Source: Candidatus Obscuribacterales bacterium
Lineage (GTDB): Bacteria; Cyanobacteriota; Vampirovibrionia; Obscuribacterales; Obscuribacteraceae
Assembly (NCBI GenBank): GCA_965228855.1
Contig: CBDDIJ010000003.1
Span: forward strand, 1,888,001 to 1,952,000
Length of the DNA: 64,000 bases
Direction: 5' to 3'
Shown here: one piece after another, positions 41,342 to 51,250 of the stretch
Numbering within the stretch: the first letter of the stretch is position 1
Layout: the number at the start of each line of letters is the position of its first letter
Notes under the pieces: generated by a model
Seen by the model: only the letters and a program-made list of their open reading frames with translations
Told to the model about the DNA's origin: nothing
Database searches by the model: none
Translations under genes and position numbers: made by a program

Positions 41342-43036
41342 ATGGTTGAGATCGCGCTCTTCGTTGTTGGAGCCTTCGTAAACCTCTTCTTTTACTATCG
41401 GCGCGGGCTGCGTTACCTCAGCTATTTCCAGCAGGAAGACTACACCGGTAAGCGCTTCATCAAGTGGCTTTTCGAGAAGAAGGCTTTCGATCGCAGAGGT
41501 TCAATTCCCTGCGTAATCATGCTGCTGGTTGCGATTCTAGCTAAAGACGTCTCTGCAGTTGTTCTCGGACTCTCCGTCGTGGCGCTGATTGCCATCGTTG
41601 CAATCGCTTTGAAGGAAGAAGATCCCAGGACTACCGGCAAAATCAAGTTAAACATGACCGCTCGCGCTAAGCGGATTTTCAAGCTAGCCTCCGCACTTTA
41701 TGTGGTGGCACTGGCGGCAGCAAGCGCGCTCTGGTACCACTTCGTTCTTCCACAAGGTCCAGGCATGGTCCTGCTTGCCTTTTGGGTCAATCAAATCCTG
41801 CTCATCCGCTCGCAACCACTGTTCCTGGTCGCGGCAAACTCAATGCTTCAGCCGTACGAGACTGGTCTGCAAGAAGGTTTCGCAAATGAAGCGCGCGCCC
41901 TTCTCAAAAAATATAACCCGACCGTAATTGGTATCACGGGCAGTTACGGAAAAACCAGCACTAAAATTATCCTTCGTGAAATTCTCAGCTCCGTAGCGCC
42001 AACCTTCGTGCCTCCCGGCAGCATCAACAGCTACATGGGCGTGACTCGCGAAATCCGAGAGAAGCTTCAACCGATTCATAAGTATGCGGTCATAGAGATG
42101 GGCGCATATTACATCGGCTCGATTCGGCGCATGTGCACGTTGACGCCGCCGAGTGCCGCGATCATCACCGCCATCGGTATCATGCACTTAGAACGATTCG
42201 GCGGGCAAGACTCTGTGTTGAAAGCCAAGTCAGAACTCGCCCAGGCGGTTCCCGAGGACGGTATTCTGGTGGTAAACGGCGACGACATCAACTGCCGCAG
42301 AATAGCTAAAGAGAACCCGAAGAAAACGGTCCTGCATTATGGCTGGGACGAAAGCAACGGTCCGCTCGACGCCATAATCTACGACGTCACGGCAAATGAT
42401 AAAGGCTCGAATTTCAAAATTCGCTACAAGGGCGAAGTATACGAAGGCTTTACGCAACTCCTTGGGAAACCGCTTCTATCGAATGCTCTTGCATCTTTCA
42501 CACTGGCCTGCGCCCTCGGCATAGCACCACAGACGGTGATATCCGCCATGAGAAATGTGCGGACTGAGAAAAACCGTTTAGAGCCGGTCAAGGTTCCGAT
42601 CAGCACTCTCAAGGTCAAGGAAAACGGCAATGGCGTAGCGCCTTCGCCTGGTGAGGTATTGCGTTTGAACGACGCGTACAACTCCAATCCAATAGGTTTC
42701 GCAGCGGCACTGGACGTTCTTGGACAAGTGTCGGGCGGTCGAAAAATTCTTGTAACTCCAGGCATGATCGAGCTGGGAGACAGACAAGAGATGGAAAACA
42801 AAAAGGCCGCTGAAAAGGCCGCCGGAGTTTGTGACCTCGTGCTAGTCGTCGGGGACACGAATCGGAAGGCACTGACAGATGGTCTGATAGCTGGCGGTCT
42901 CGATACACAGAAGTGCCAGAACTTCGATGACATGCATACGGCCTTGACGTATCTGTCGACTTTCTGCCAGGACGGTGATGTGGTTTTGATTGAAAACGAC
43001 CTGGGCGATCTCTACGAGGGACCGGTCACGTTCTAA
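41342..43036 (+). CDS. murF: UDP-MurNAc-tripeptide--D-Ala-D-Ala ligase with N-terminal membrane domain
   Basis: IGITGSYGKTSTK, IEMGA, HLERFG, NDAYNSNP, TPGMIELG; ~170-aa N-terminal extension with several hydrophobic helices. Confidence 0.9.
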   Translation: MVEIALFVVGAFVNLFFYYRRGLRYLSYFQQEDYTGKRFIKWLFEKKAFDRRGSIPCVIMLLVAILAKDVSAVVLGLSVVALIAIVAIALKEEDPRTTGKIKLNMTARAKRIFKLASALYVVALAAASALWYHFVLPQGPGMVLLAFWVNQILLIRSQPLFLVAANSMLQPYETGLQEGFANEARALLKKYNPTVIGITGSYGKTSTKIILREILSSVAPTFVPPGSINSYMGVTREIREKLQPIHKYAVIEMGAYYIGSIRRMCTLTPPSAAIITAIGIMHLERFGGQDSVLKAKSELAQAVPEDGILVVNGDDINCRRIAKENPKKTVLHYGWDESNGPLDAIIYDVTANDKGSNFKIRYKGEVYEGFTQLLGKPLLSNALASFTLACALGIAPQTVISAMRNVRTEKNRLEPVKVPISTLKVKENGNGVAPSPGEVLRLNDAYNSNPIGFAAALDVLGQVSGGRKILVTPGMIELGDRQEMENKKAAEKAAGVCDLVLVVGDTNRKALTDGLIAGGLDTQKCQNFDDMHTALTYLSTFCQDGDVVLIENDLGDLYEGPVTF

Positions 43037-43087
43037 TGAGAACGTGATGACAAGCGGTTTTACGGCTCACAATGAAAGGACAGAACG

Positions 43088-44335
43088 ATGACCAACGGTA
43101 ACATGGGCAAAAAGACAGTAGCTGTAATGTTCGGCGGGCGCTCAACAGAACACGAAATCTCAATCATCACCGCACTACAAGTCATCGAAGCCATGGACGT
43201 GGTCAAATATCGCGCCATCCCTGTCTACATCGCACCTTCAGGGAAGTGGTACACAGGCGATGCGCTTATGAAACGCGAGTTCTACAAGGGCATGCCCGGC
43301 ACTTTGAGCGACGCTCAGGAAGTGACACTATTGCCGGTGCCAGGCGTCGGCGGTCTTACGGTGCTGGGTTCGAAGGCAGCAAAGAAAGGCGGCTTCTCGC
43401 TCTTCGGTGGCGGCGCAAAGAAAGACGACGCGGAAGAAGTAATTCCGGTCGATATCTGGTTCCCAAGTTTCCACGGCTCATTTGGCGAAGACGGCTGCAT
43501 ACAGGGTCTATTGGAACTGGCTGATGTGACCTACACAGGCAGCGACTTGCTATCATCAGCCATTTCGATGAGTAAATATCACTGCAAGAAGTTTCTGGAG
43601 AGCCACGGCATTCCAGTGCTGCCATCCGTGCTACTTTCACGCGACAGCATGGGCGCGGGCGCGGACCTCACCGCATTGCGTGACAAGGTTTTGTCCACAC
43701 CAGGATTCGATAAGTTTCCGCTATTTATAAAACCGGCCAATTTAGGCTCAAGTATCGGTATCGCAAAAGCCACTGACAATGCTTCTCTCGACTCGGCGAT
43801 GCTGCAAGCCTTCAAATACGACCATCAAATTCTCGTCGAGCCGTGTCTCGACAACAAGCTTGAAATCAACGTCTCCATCATGGACGACGTAGAGCCGAAA
43901 GTTTCTGTAGTCGAAATTCCCGTATCGCAAGCTGGCGAAGAGCTGACCTACGAGGACAAGTACATCAGATCCGGTGGCAAGAAAGGCGGTCAAATAGCTC
44001 AGGGAATGGCAGGATTGAGCCGCGTCATAGACCCAACCGATCTAGATCCTGTAATTAAAAACGGTGCGCAAGACCACACGAAAAACGCCTTCAGATATCT
44101 CGGCTGCGGCGGCGTTGCCCGCATCGATTTCATGCTCGATTTGAACACCAACAATCTCTACTTCAACGAAATCAACCCGCTGCCAGGTTCGCTGGCATAT
44201 TACTTGTGGTCGAACTCGAAACCTTCGGTTCTCTTTACCGACCTGATTTCGACAATGATCGAACGAGCGATTTACAATAAACAGAAGAAAGCCGTCTTGG
44301 TCCGCGAGATAGGTTTTCACGCGCTGCTGAAATAA
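43088..44335 (+). CDS. ddl: D-alanine--D-alanine ligase
   Basis: FGGRSTEHEIS, HGSFGEDGCIQG, KPANLGSSIGI, TYEDKY, ARIDF, NEINPLPG. Confidence 0.93.
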   Translation: MTNGNMGKKTVAVMFGGRSTEHEISIITALQVIEAMDVVKYRAIPVYIAPSGKWYTGDALMKREFYKGMPGTLSDAQEVTLLPVPGVGGLTVLGSKAAKKGGFSLFGGGAKKDDAEEVIPVDIWFPSFHGSFGEDGCIQGLLELADVTYTGSDLLSSAISMSKYHCKKFLESHGIPVLPSVLLSRDSMGAGADLTALRDKVLSTPGFDKFPLFIKPANLGSSIGIAKATDNASLDSAMLQAFKYDHQILVEPCLDNKLEINVSIMDDVEPKVSVVEIPVSQAGEELTYEDKYIRSGGKKGGQIAQGMAGLSRVIDPTDLDPVIKNGAQDHTKNAFRYLGCGGVARIDFMLDLNTNNLYFNEINPLPGSLAYYLWSNSKPSVLFTDLISTMIERAIYNKQKKAVLVREIGFHALLK

Positions 44336-44404
44336 ATTCCAGCTAGCAGCTTCACCTCTCCTGCTACCATTTTCACCTCTCCAGTTAGCGGTTTCGATTC
44401 TAAG

Positions 44405-44800
44405 TCACTGCTGAAGATACCCACCGGTTTGCGGCATCTTCCAATCGTCGGCGCCAATTTCGCGACCGGTCGGCGACATCGCCAGACTACGGACAACCGT
44501 ATCAGTGGTGGGATTGGTGACGACTTCCAGACGCCAATAGATCGAAATTAGCTTCCCCGAAAAACTATACGGACCAGCTGGAAAGCGTAACTCGAAAGGA
44601 GTTTTTCTGTAACCGCCAGGTTTTTCAATGACAATCGAATCAACCATACCCGTGTCAGAATCACCTTTTCCAGTAGTCTTCCAGATCAAGCGAATCTCTA
44701 TAGCCTTAACATCACGCTCGAATTGCCACTCGACAGTACCTCGCACTACCTCACCGGGCAGGTAATTATGCTTATTTTCATCAAGTGTGACTTCAATCAT
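44405..44800 (-). CDS. Small beta-sandwich protein, arrestin-N/Spo0M-like
   Basis: Start ATG 44800 with GGAGG RBS; YLPGEVVRGTV...IEIRL...FELRFP..PYSFSGKLISIYWRL pattern. Confidence 0.6.
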   Translation of the reverse strand: MIEVTLDENKHNYLPGEVVRGTVEWQFERDVKAIEIRLIWKTTGKGDSDTGMVDSIVIEKPGGYRKTPFELRFPAGPYSFSGKLISIYWRLEVVTNPTTDTVVRSLAMSPTGREIGADDWKMPQTGGYLQQ

Positions 44801-45710
44801 TGGGCACCTCCGGCGGTACCAGAATGATCGGATAACTGTCATTTGTGTCCGGCCAAAACGGCACAACACCCTCAACCTTCATCTCCCAGAAGATTGAATT
44901 CGAGCCAGCTTCGAACGTGTGCATCGCAAGAGCCGGAATATCGATCGAAGTCTTGCCCTCGCGGATCTTCTTCTGTTCCTCGGTGTACATGATGGAGACT
45001 TCGCCAAGCACAGAATCATCGGTATAGGTTGTCGTACCGCGCGTGTAACGTGTTCGTTCCTTACCGACCAGAGTGATCTGCATATTCGACATCTGACCTA
45101 TGCCGCTAGTCGTCCAGCGAACTTGAAGCGCGCTACCTAACGGAATCACGCTAGATGGAACCGTGATACGCACTCTGGGTCCTATCGCCTTGAGCCAGTA
45201 GTACAGCGTCGGCACGACAGGCAATAAACCGACAAACGCGAGAATCATACCAAGAGACATATCCACTGAAAGCGCGTGCATGGTCCCGAAGATCCACATG
45301 GCACTAAATAAAGTTCCAAAGATCAGGAAACCTCCGACGCGCGGACGAGACTTGAGTACTACCCCCCAGGTTCCATCCTTCAACCTGACAGGATCAAGTT
45401 CTTGTCTCGCCTCCGTGAGGTTGCCACTTCCCGCATAGCCTGGAATTCCGGAGCGACGCTTGATACCGCCCACAGTGGCTGGAGAAACGGCGTTCCATGA
45501 AGCCTTGATCCCTCTCAAGGTTATCAGCGTAGCCGGGATAATTATAAACCAGCGGAACTCACCGAAATCCCATACCACCGCTAAAGTAATCCCTAAAAAC
45601 ACAAGCGGAAAGAGAACCGTAATCAGCCGCTGAACAGGGAAAAGGCGATCTCGCAGTTGGTCCCGCGGCAACGATTTCAGCTTGCTAAGCTCATCTTTAT
45701 TCACCGACAC
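44793..45710 (-). CDS. Membrane protein (4 TM) with C-terminal arrestin-like beta-sandwich
   Basis: Four hydrophobic segments, then PLGSALQVRW...ITLVGKE...IPALAMHTF...SIFWEMKV. Confidence 0.65.
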   Translation of the reverse strand: MSVNKDELSKLKSLPRDQLRDRLFPVQRLITVLFPLVFLGITLAVVWDFGEFRWFIIIPATLITLRGIKASWNAVSPATVGGIKRRSGIPGYAGSGNLTEARQELDPVRLKDGTWGVVLKSRPRVGGFLIFGTLFSAMWIFGTMHALSVDMSLGMILAFVGLLPVVPTLYYWLKAIGPRVRITVPSSVIPLGSALQVRWTTSGIGQMSNMQITLVGKERTRYTRGTTTYTDDSVLGEVSIMYTEEQKKIREGKTSIDIPALAMHTFEAGSNSIFWEMKVEGVVPFWPDTNDSYPIILVPPEVPND

Positions 45711-46285
45711 ACCTCGCTGCGAGGCAAGTCCGCAAAATAATCATAAAGGTCGCGCATACAATCCCTGATGTTTCCGCCGTGACGGGAAAACAATTGCTCG
45801 AGAAAACCGGCTGGCAGTCTAGCTTTATGCTCGGCATTCAACATCTGATCTATGAGGCTCTCGAACAAAGGAAAAGTGGTTTTGCACTCATGCAGAATTG
45901 GCCAGCGTCCCGGCTCATGCTCCACTATCACTATGCCTGCAGCGTCTCGACACTTAAATTGAAACGCAATCCAGACAAACCACGGCAAACGCTCCTTCCC
46001 GTCAAGCAGAACATAGACGCCTTTCGTGTTACTGTGCCAAAACGCGTGAGGAATCCAGGAATACGCCTGATTGACCAGTAGACGCATCACAGTGAAACCG
46101 CGTGATTGAAGATACTGCTCAAGGTCCTCTACTAATGTGGTCTTGCCATTCCCATGCTGTCCTACGATGGAAGCACGTGCACCGAGCGCGTGCAGTCTTT
46201 CCAAAAGCGCACCGCATGTGCCATCAAGGCGATAACGAAGCTCGGATACTCTCTCAGTGGAAAACGGATTTTCACGCGGTTTCAT
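45701..46285 (-). CDS. Small P-loop NTPase
   Basis: N-terminal NPF, Walker A GQHGNGKTT, Walker B-like VLLDG, C-terminal GGNIRD. Confidence 0.7.
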   Translation of the reverse strand: MKPRENPFSTERVSELRYRLDGTCGALLERLHALGARASIVGQHGNGKTTLVEDLEQYLQSRGFTVMRLLVNQAYSWIPHAFWHSNTKGVYVLLDGKERLPWFVWIAFQFKCRDAAGIVIVEHEPGRWPILHECKTTFPLFESLIDQMLNAEHKARLPAGFLEQLFSRHGGNIRDCMRDLYDYFADLPRSEVCR

Positions 46286-46297
46286 GAGAGACGACCT

Positions 46298-47578
46298 TTA
46301 ACCTCTACCGGTTATCCATCGAACGAGCCGCTGCCAGACAGATACTTCATTATGATGAGACATCGTGTCTTTCAAACTTCTTGTAGTTGATAAGCTTTCC
46401 TTTGTTGCCACCTTCTCTCGTGCACTATGAGTAGTATCACCTTCTCCGGCGTCGTGATACTTCGGCATCCGTTGATTGGACTGCTTCTGCCTGCTGACGT
46501 TTTCAAATATCTTGGAAATCGAGCTTGGCACTTCATCGTCAGTGAATACTTGAGCCTCGGGACCGCGCTGTGACGGCAAGCTTTTAGACGCCGACTCCGC
46601 AGCCTTCAAACCAGTCCTCATAATCTTTTGACTGACGAACTGATCCTCGTGGTTCTCAGCGGGCGCATCAAACACTTCATCGGGAATTTCAAAATCAGGA
46701 TGTATACTCTGATAGATTTTGTAGAGGGTGTGTCGCACAGCCCGCGCATTCGGAGGTCGCTCCGATGGACTGTGCGCCGTTAGCGAAGATATCAACGCAT
46801 CAAAAGTCTCATTGATCTCCGCGCCTTGCTGACTTGGAACGCTTGTAATCAAAGGTCTGGGACGAACGCCGGTAACAAGGTGCGCAAGCGTCGCTCCCAG
46901 CGCATACAAATCGCTTCTGACCTCGGGTTTGCCGAAATACTGCTCCGGCGGAGAATAGCCGGCAGTGACAACACGAGTGGCGGTGGTGGACGGCATAAGC
47001 ACACGAGCAATACCGAAGTCGATAAAAATAACCTGCCCCTCGGGCGTGAGCATGAGATTGCTCGGCTTCAAGTCGCGATAGATAATCGACGGCTTCTCAG
47101 GCGACTGATCTTCGTGCAGATATTCCAGAACTTCGCAAATCTGAATGCCGACTTTGACCGCGTCATCCTCGTTGAATGGACCGTAACTTTGAATCGTGGT
47201 CTCTAGATTATTGCCCGTGATGTAGTCCATCACCAGGAAGTAGCGTCCATCGTTGGTGACATGCCAGTCTCTAAACGGCACAATGCCTGCGTGATCGAGG
47301 TTGCGCAAAATTTCGACTTCACGAAGAAACAGCCTGCGAGCCTCCTCAAGCTCTTCTTCCGACCTGTTCGGATCGCTGCGCAACTGTTTAATTACACATC
47401 TGGCATTGTTATGAAGCTTTGCCTCGGCCAGGTAAACGGTTCCCATACCGCCCTCAGCAAGCGGTTGAAGCCACTCAAATTCACCGTAAAAATCGCGCTC
47501 GGCAGGCGTCACAAAAGGAACAACTCCAGGTCCGTAGTCCACAAACAACATACCCCGAACGGCCTGTCTCCCGGGCAA
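46298..47578 (-). CDS. Hanks-type Ser/Thr protein kinase (cytoplasmic)
   Basis: LAEGGMGTVY, VIKQL, YRDLKPSN, IDFG, GYSPPE, DLYALG. Confidence 0.92.
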   Translation of the reverse strand: MPGRQAVRGMLFVDYGPGVVPFVTPAERDFYGEFEWLQPLAEGGMGTVYLAEAKLHNNARCVIKQLRSDPNRSEEELEEARRLFLREVEILRNLDHAGIVPFRDWHVTNDGRYFLVMDYITGNNLETTIQSYGPFNEDDAVKVGIQICEVLEYLHEDQSPEKPSIIYRDLKPSNLMLTPEGQVIFIDFGIARVLMPSTTATRVVTAGYSPPEQYFGKPEVRSDLYALGATLAHLVTGVRPRPLITSVPSQQGAEINETFDALISSLTAHSPSERPPNARAVRHTLYKIYQSIHPDFEIPDEVFDAPAENHEDQFVSQKIMRTGLKAAESASKSLPSQRGPEAQVFTDDEVPSSISKIFENVSRQKQSNQRMPKYHDAGEGDTTHSAREKVATKESLSTTRSLKDTMSHHNEVSVWQRLVRWITGRG

Positions 47579-47814
47579 TTGATGTAGAGGATCTTCTTAT
47601 CAGCTTAATGTCTAGATCTAACTCTTATCCCTTATATGCAAGAGCGAAACCGAAAGCAGCCGCCCAGCGCTGTTTTCGAGATTTTTCAAAATAAACCAAA
47701 TTACCAGACGTCCGTATGTTGACATACGCTTGTATGGTGTTTATGATGTTCGCATCTCCCCAATTGAACCAAATGTAATTCAAACCCAGAGGCGCTATCG
47801 CCAGGAGGTAAGAC

Positions 47815-48480
47815 ATGAGTCTCGCGACTATTTCAATTGTGGGAAACCTAGCGAAAGAGCCCGAACTATTCAATTTGAATAACGGGCAAAAGAAAACCAC
47901 TTTAGTGCTAGCGGTAAACTCCTTCAAAACTGACAAGAACAAAAGAGAGAAGCGTACCGACTACTACAAAGTGGAGACCTGGGACCGGCTTGCAGACTTA
48001 GCCAACACCTATCTGCATAAAGGTAACCAGGTGACCGTATCGGGCAAATTCGTTATGGAAAAATGGGTCGACCGTGAAGGGAACAGCAGGATCACCCCTA
48101 CAGTTCAAGCAAATCAACTTGCCTTTCCTCCGCGGCAAAGACCCTCCGATTCCGAGCCGAGAAGAAGCGAAGTAATTTCCCGTGATGCAAGCACGGGATC
48201 CGTACTCGACGCCGTGCCTTTGGAAGCTGGTATGGTGCAGGACGAGGTTCAGACCGCCCCTCGTCCTGCAGTCGAGAACTCTGATTCACACTACGATGAG
48301 CCTGGTAACTCTGAGGAAAGTGAAGAAGAGAATGCAGATGGAGAGTCGCAAGACGAACCTGATGATGACTCGGTAAATGCTATCGCAACTTTAGACGGCA
48401 CTGTTGTTTCCGTTCCTCCCGACGATGATTCCGCAGCACTGTCTTATCAAAAGGCTTCCGAAATCAAAATGTCGGCGTAG
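47815..48480 (+). CDS. ssb: Single-stranded DNA-binding protein with long acidic tail
   Basis: RBS AGGAGG; IVGNLAKEPE, TDYYKVETW, YLHKGNQVTVSG, WVDREG. Confidence 0.88.
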   Translation: MSLATISIVGNLAKEPELFNLNNGQKKTTLVLAVNSFKTDKNKREKRTDYYKVETWDRLADLANTYLHKGNQVTVSGKFVMEKWVDREGNSRITPTVQANQLAFPPRQRPSDSEPRRSEVISRDASTGSVLDAVPLEAGMVQDEVQTAPRPAVENSDSHYDEPGNSEESEEENADGESQDEPDDDSVNAIATLDGTVVSVPPDDDSAALSYQKASEIKMSA

Positions 48481-48525
48481 TAATACTCCGACGAAGCTTT
48501 TCCACACACTGTGCGACTGAGAGTT

Positions 48526-48560
48526 GAGAGGGGAAAGATTCTGCCTCCTTTCCCCTTCTC
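48526..48560. terminator. Stem-loop between convergent ssb and serine hydrolase genes
   Basis: GAGAGGGGAAAG / CTTTCCCC(T)TCTC inverted repeat; no clear U tract. Confidence 0.35.
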
Positions 48561-48866
48561 TCCCTCTCCCTTACTCGTCAACCTGCATCAAAAAAGTAAA
48601 TGACAAAGCGACCCAGGTCCGGGTCCACGCTCGATGTCCGCGCTTGTGCACGCGTGCAGTGCAATTCGTGAGAACGAGGTGGGATACCACCGTGGGTTTA
48701 GCTTTTTCTACTTAGAGAAGAGGCATCTGCCAGTTGCTCTCTGAAATGAGAAGGAGCAGAGCCGTAACCACATACGGTGTCGTTACAGCATCGTGCATTT
48801 GCATGAACCGGTCTGTAGATCGCATTTCAAAATGGCAAGGAGCCCAGAAAATTTATGTCAATAAAT

Positions 48867-50108
48867 TCAGTTCTGAAACATGTCGATAGCCGGCCATTCT
48901 TTGATGTTATTCAGCACAGCTCTGATCGACTTCAATGTTGGTGGAAGCGGATTCACCTTACTGCCATCGGGCGAAGAGCCGCCGTTAAACATCAAGCAAA
49001 AATCAGTATTGTTAGGAAGGTGAACAATTTGAGTATGAACGCCCGGCTTGCCACCATTCTTGGTGAATGTCACACCTTGTGGTGTCATGCGCACAGAGTC
49101 CATTCCCAGACCAAAGTGACTGCCGCCAGGATCGCTTTGCATTGGCGGTGGAAGAGGCGCAATCATCTGCTCGAAAGAACTTTGAGAAATTCCCTGCATG
49201 CGACTTCCGTCAAGGGCAGTCAACAGCTTCACCATATCAACGGACGACGCCATCCAATTTCCAAAGTCGGGCATCAAAGGCACATTAAGTTGTCCTCCCG
49301 CAATCGCGTGCGGTGGATAGCCCACATAGCGGCTCGCCTGACCAGGGACCATGCCGCGCGATTCCGCACACATATCTTGAATGCCAATCGCACTGAGCTG
49401 CTCTTGCATGTACTGCGCGTAGGGCTGCTGAGCAGCGCACTCAATCACGTACTTGATCAAATTCCATTGACCGTTAGCGTACTTCGCTTGCGTACCCGGA
49501 GGATAGTCGAGTGGTGTCGCCAACAATACGCGCACCGCTTCACGATACGGAAGCCCTTGCGGAGCCAGCGCCTGCACTTCTCTACCAGCTTTAACGAATC
49601 CTGAATCGTCATTCCAGCCGCCGGAATGATGCAACAACTGACGCACCGTGATCTGCGCCACCAGTGGATCTGCCTGCATTCCGCGCACCAGATTTGGCCG
49701 ACCGATGACTGTGTAAAAGGGTGTGTCCAGATCTAGCCGACCTTGATCGACAAGCCTCAAAACGCCAAACATCGAAACTGCTTTTGTGCAACTCGCAAGA
49801 TTGAACAATGTAGCAGGCGTAACCGGTTCTTGCGTACGCAAATTTGCAACGCCAAACCCTTTTGCATAAACCAACTTCCCGTTGTGTGCCACCGCCAGCG
49901 ATGCACCCGGGATGTAATACTGCTGTAGAGCACCGTTGACGATGTCGTCGAGCTGAGACAGATTTGCCGGTCTCTGCGAAACCACCGCGGGACCATCGTC
50001 AAAAACTGGTGGCGCAAACGAATCGTCGCCATCACCTCCAGAGTCCTGCCCGTGCGCAGCTAGCGGGAGGAGAAACGTGAGCGCTAAAAGTAAGAGTAGT
50101 TTTTGCAT
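48867..50108 (-). CDS. Exported serine hydrolase, beta-lactamase class C / AmpC-like family
   Basis: Start ATG 50108 with signal peptide (MQKLLLLLALTFLLPLAAHG); SxxK in FNLASCTK; LLHHSGG; YxN in YAN; KNG. Confidence 0.88.
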   Translation of the reverse strand: MQKLLLLLALTFLLPLAAHGQDSGGDGDDSFAPPVFDDGPAVVSQRPANLSQLDDIVNGALQQYYIPGASLAVAHNGKLVYAKGFGVANLRTQEPVTPATLFNLASCTKAVSMFGVLRLVDQGRLDLDTPFYTVIGRPNLVRGMQADPLVAQITVRQLLHHSGGWNDDSGFVKAGREVQALAPQGLPYREAVRVLLATPLDYPPGTQAKYANGQWNLIKYVIECAAQQPYAQYMQEQLSAIGIQDMCAESRGMVPGQASRYVGYPPHAIAGGQLNVPLMPDFGNWMASSVDMVKLLTALDGSRMQGISQSSFEQMIAPLPPPMQSDPGGSHFGLGMDSVRMTPQGVTFTKNGGKPGVHTQIVHLPNNTDFCLMFNGGSSPDGSKVNPLPPTLKSIRAVLNNIKEWPAIDMFQN

Positions 50109-50178
50109 GCGTCTATTAAACCCAAATCTGCCGTACACGATATCATTTAGAGCTAGAACTTGATCAGGGAAACTAAGT

Positions 50179-50709
50179 ATGGCGAAATTCGTTTTCAGCA
50201 TGAACCAGTCGCTCGACGGCTACGTCGACCATACGGAATTCATGCCTAGCCCGCATCTTTTTCGCCACTTCGTTGAGAAAGTACGAGGTTTAACAGGAAG
50301 CGTTTATGGTAGCCGCATTTACGAGCTTATGCGCTACTGGGATGAGGAGCGTCCTGAATGGAACGACGACGAACGTGAATTCGCAGTAGTTTGGCGAAGG
50401 CAACCCAAATGGGTTGTATCGAATTCGCTTAAGTCAGTTGGTCCGAACGCGACTCTCATCTCAACTGACATGGAAACGGAACTCCGACGATTAAAGGAGG
50501 AACTCAAAGGCGAGATCGATGTCGCAGGTCCGGTGCTGGCACGCAGCTTAACCAATCTTGGTCTCATTGACGAGTATCGAATCTATCTCCACCCATACGT
50601 GCTGGGTAAAGGAAGTCCGTTCTTCGCGGGTCCACGTCCGCCACTCCGCCTCAAGGCGAGTGAACAAGTAGACGAGAATGTTATGAAACTAACATATGAG
50701 CCGATTTGA
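50179..50709 (+). CDS. Dihydrofolate reductase / RibD C-terminal family protein
   Basis: MNQSLDGYV, GSRIYE, PKWVVS, GLIDEYRIYLHP.VLGKG.PFF. Confidence 0.88.
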   Translation: MAKFVFSMNQSLDGYVDHTEFMPSPHLFRHFVEKVRGLTGSVYGSRIYELMRYWDEERPEWNDDEREFAVVWRRQPKWVVSNSLKSVGPNATLISTDMETELRRLKEELKGEIDVAGPVLARSLTNLGLIDEYRIYLHPYVLGKGSPFFAGPRPPLRLKASEQVDENVMKLTYEPI

Positions 50710-50771
50710 CGCGTTCAATCTCGGAGCATAATTCTATTCAACCTAAGCAAAAAGTGGAGTCTGAATTCTGA

Positions 50772-51074
50772 CTATCGACTCAAGCCGAAAACAGTTCCAG
50801 CCGTTGCGCAAAACACCGCCGCGATTACCGCCCATTGCCAGAGCGGTCTGGCTGCCCTGAGCTTCCATGTCGGTGCATTCTTGAGAATGGCATCTCGACA
50901 CATCAATGGAATTACAAGAATAGCAACAATCGCCACAATAACTGGGCTGCCAAAAATCCGCCATGCTAGCTCTTCCAGGCGATTCTTGCTGCCGCTTATT
51001 GTCGAACTCAGAGCTACATAGGCGGACGCGATGCCCCAGGCCATCAGAAGACCTTCAAACAGCTGTGTATACAT
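50772..51074 (-). CDS. Small hypothetical membrane protein
   Basis: 100 aa with three hydrophobic segments. Confidence 0.5.
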   Translation of the reverse strand: MYTQLFEGLLMAWGIASAYVALSSTISGSKNRLEELAWRIFGSPVIVAIVAILVIPLMCRDAILKNAPTWKLRAARPLWQWAVIAAVFCATAGTVFGLSR

Positions 51075-51250
51075 GGAAGTTTCTCGGTTAGATGCGCCAT
51101 GCTCGACGCGTTTTAACTATCTTAGCCTCAACACTTGAGAACCCTCGAATTCCTTAATACCGAATTTGGTATTACAGGGTCAGTCCCTTACTCGACCTCT
51201 GTTGAAAGCATCTACGATATCCAGAAGCCGCTTCGGTGGCGAAATCGTGA

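Noticed and set aside
39512..44335. Vancomycin-resistance (van) cluster
   Set aside because: There is no vanH or vanRS; the ligase looks like a housekeeping Ddl (TYEDKY loop) within a mur cluster.
44351..44387. Short direct repeat TTCACCTCTCC between convergent genes, as a CRISPR or terminator
   Set aside because: Only two copies, no spacer structure and no cas genes; no CRISPR array was seen anywhere in the window.
51140..51156. AACCCTCG...TCCTTA as a third, degraded att copy
   Set aside because: Only two short matches with the wrong spacing; compatible with chance.
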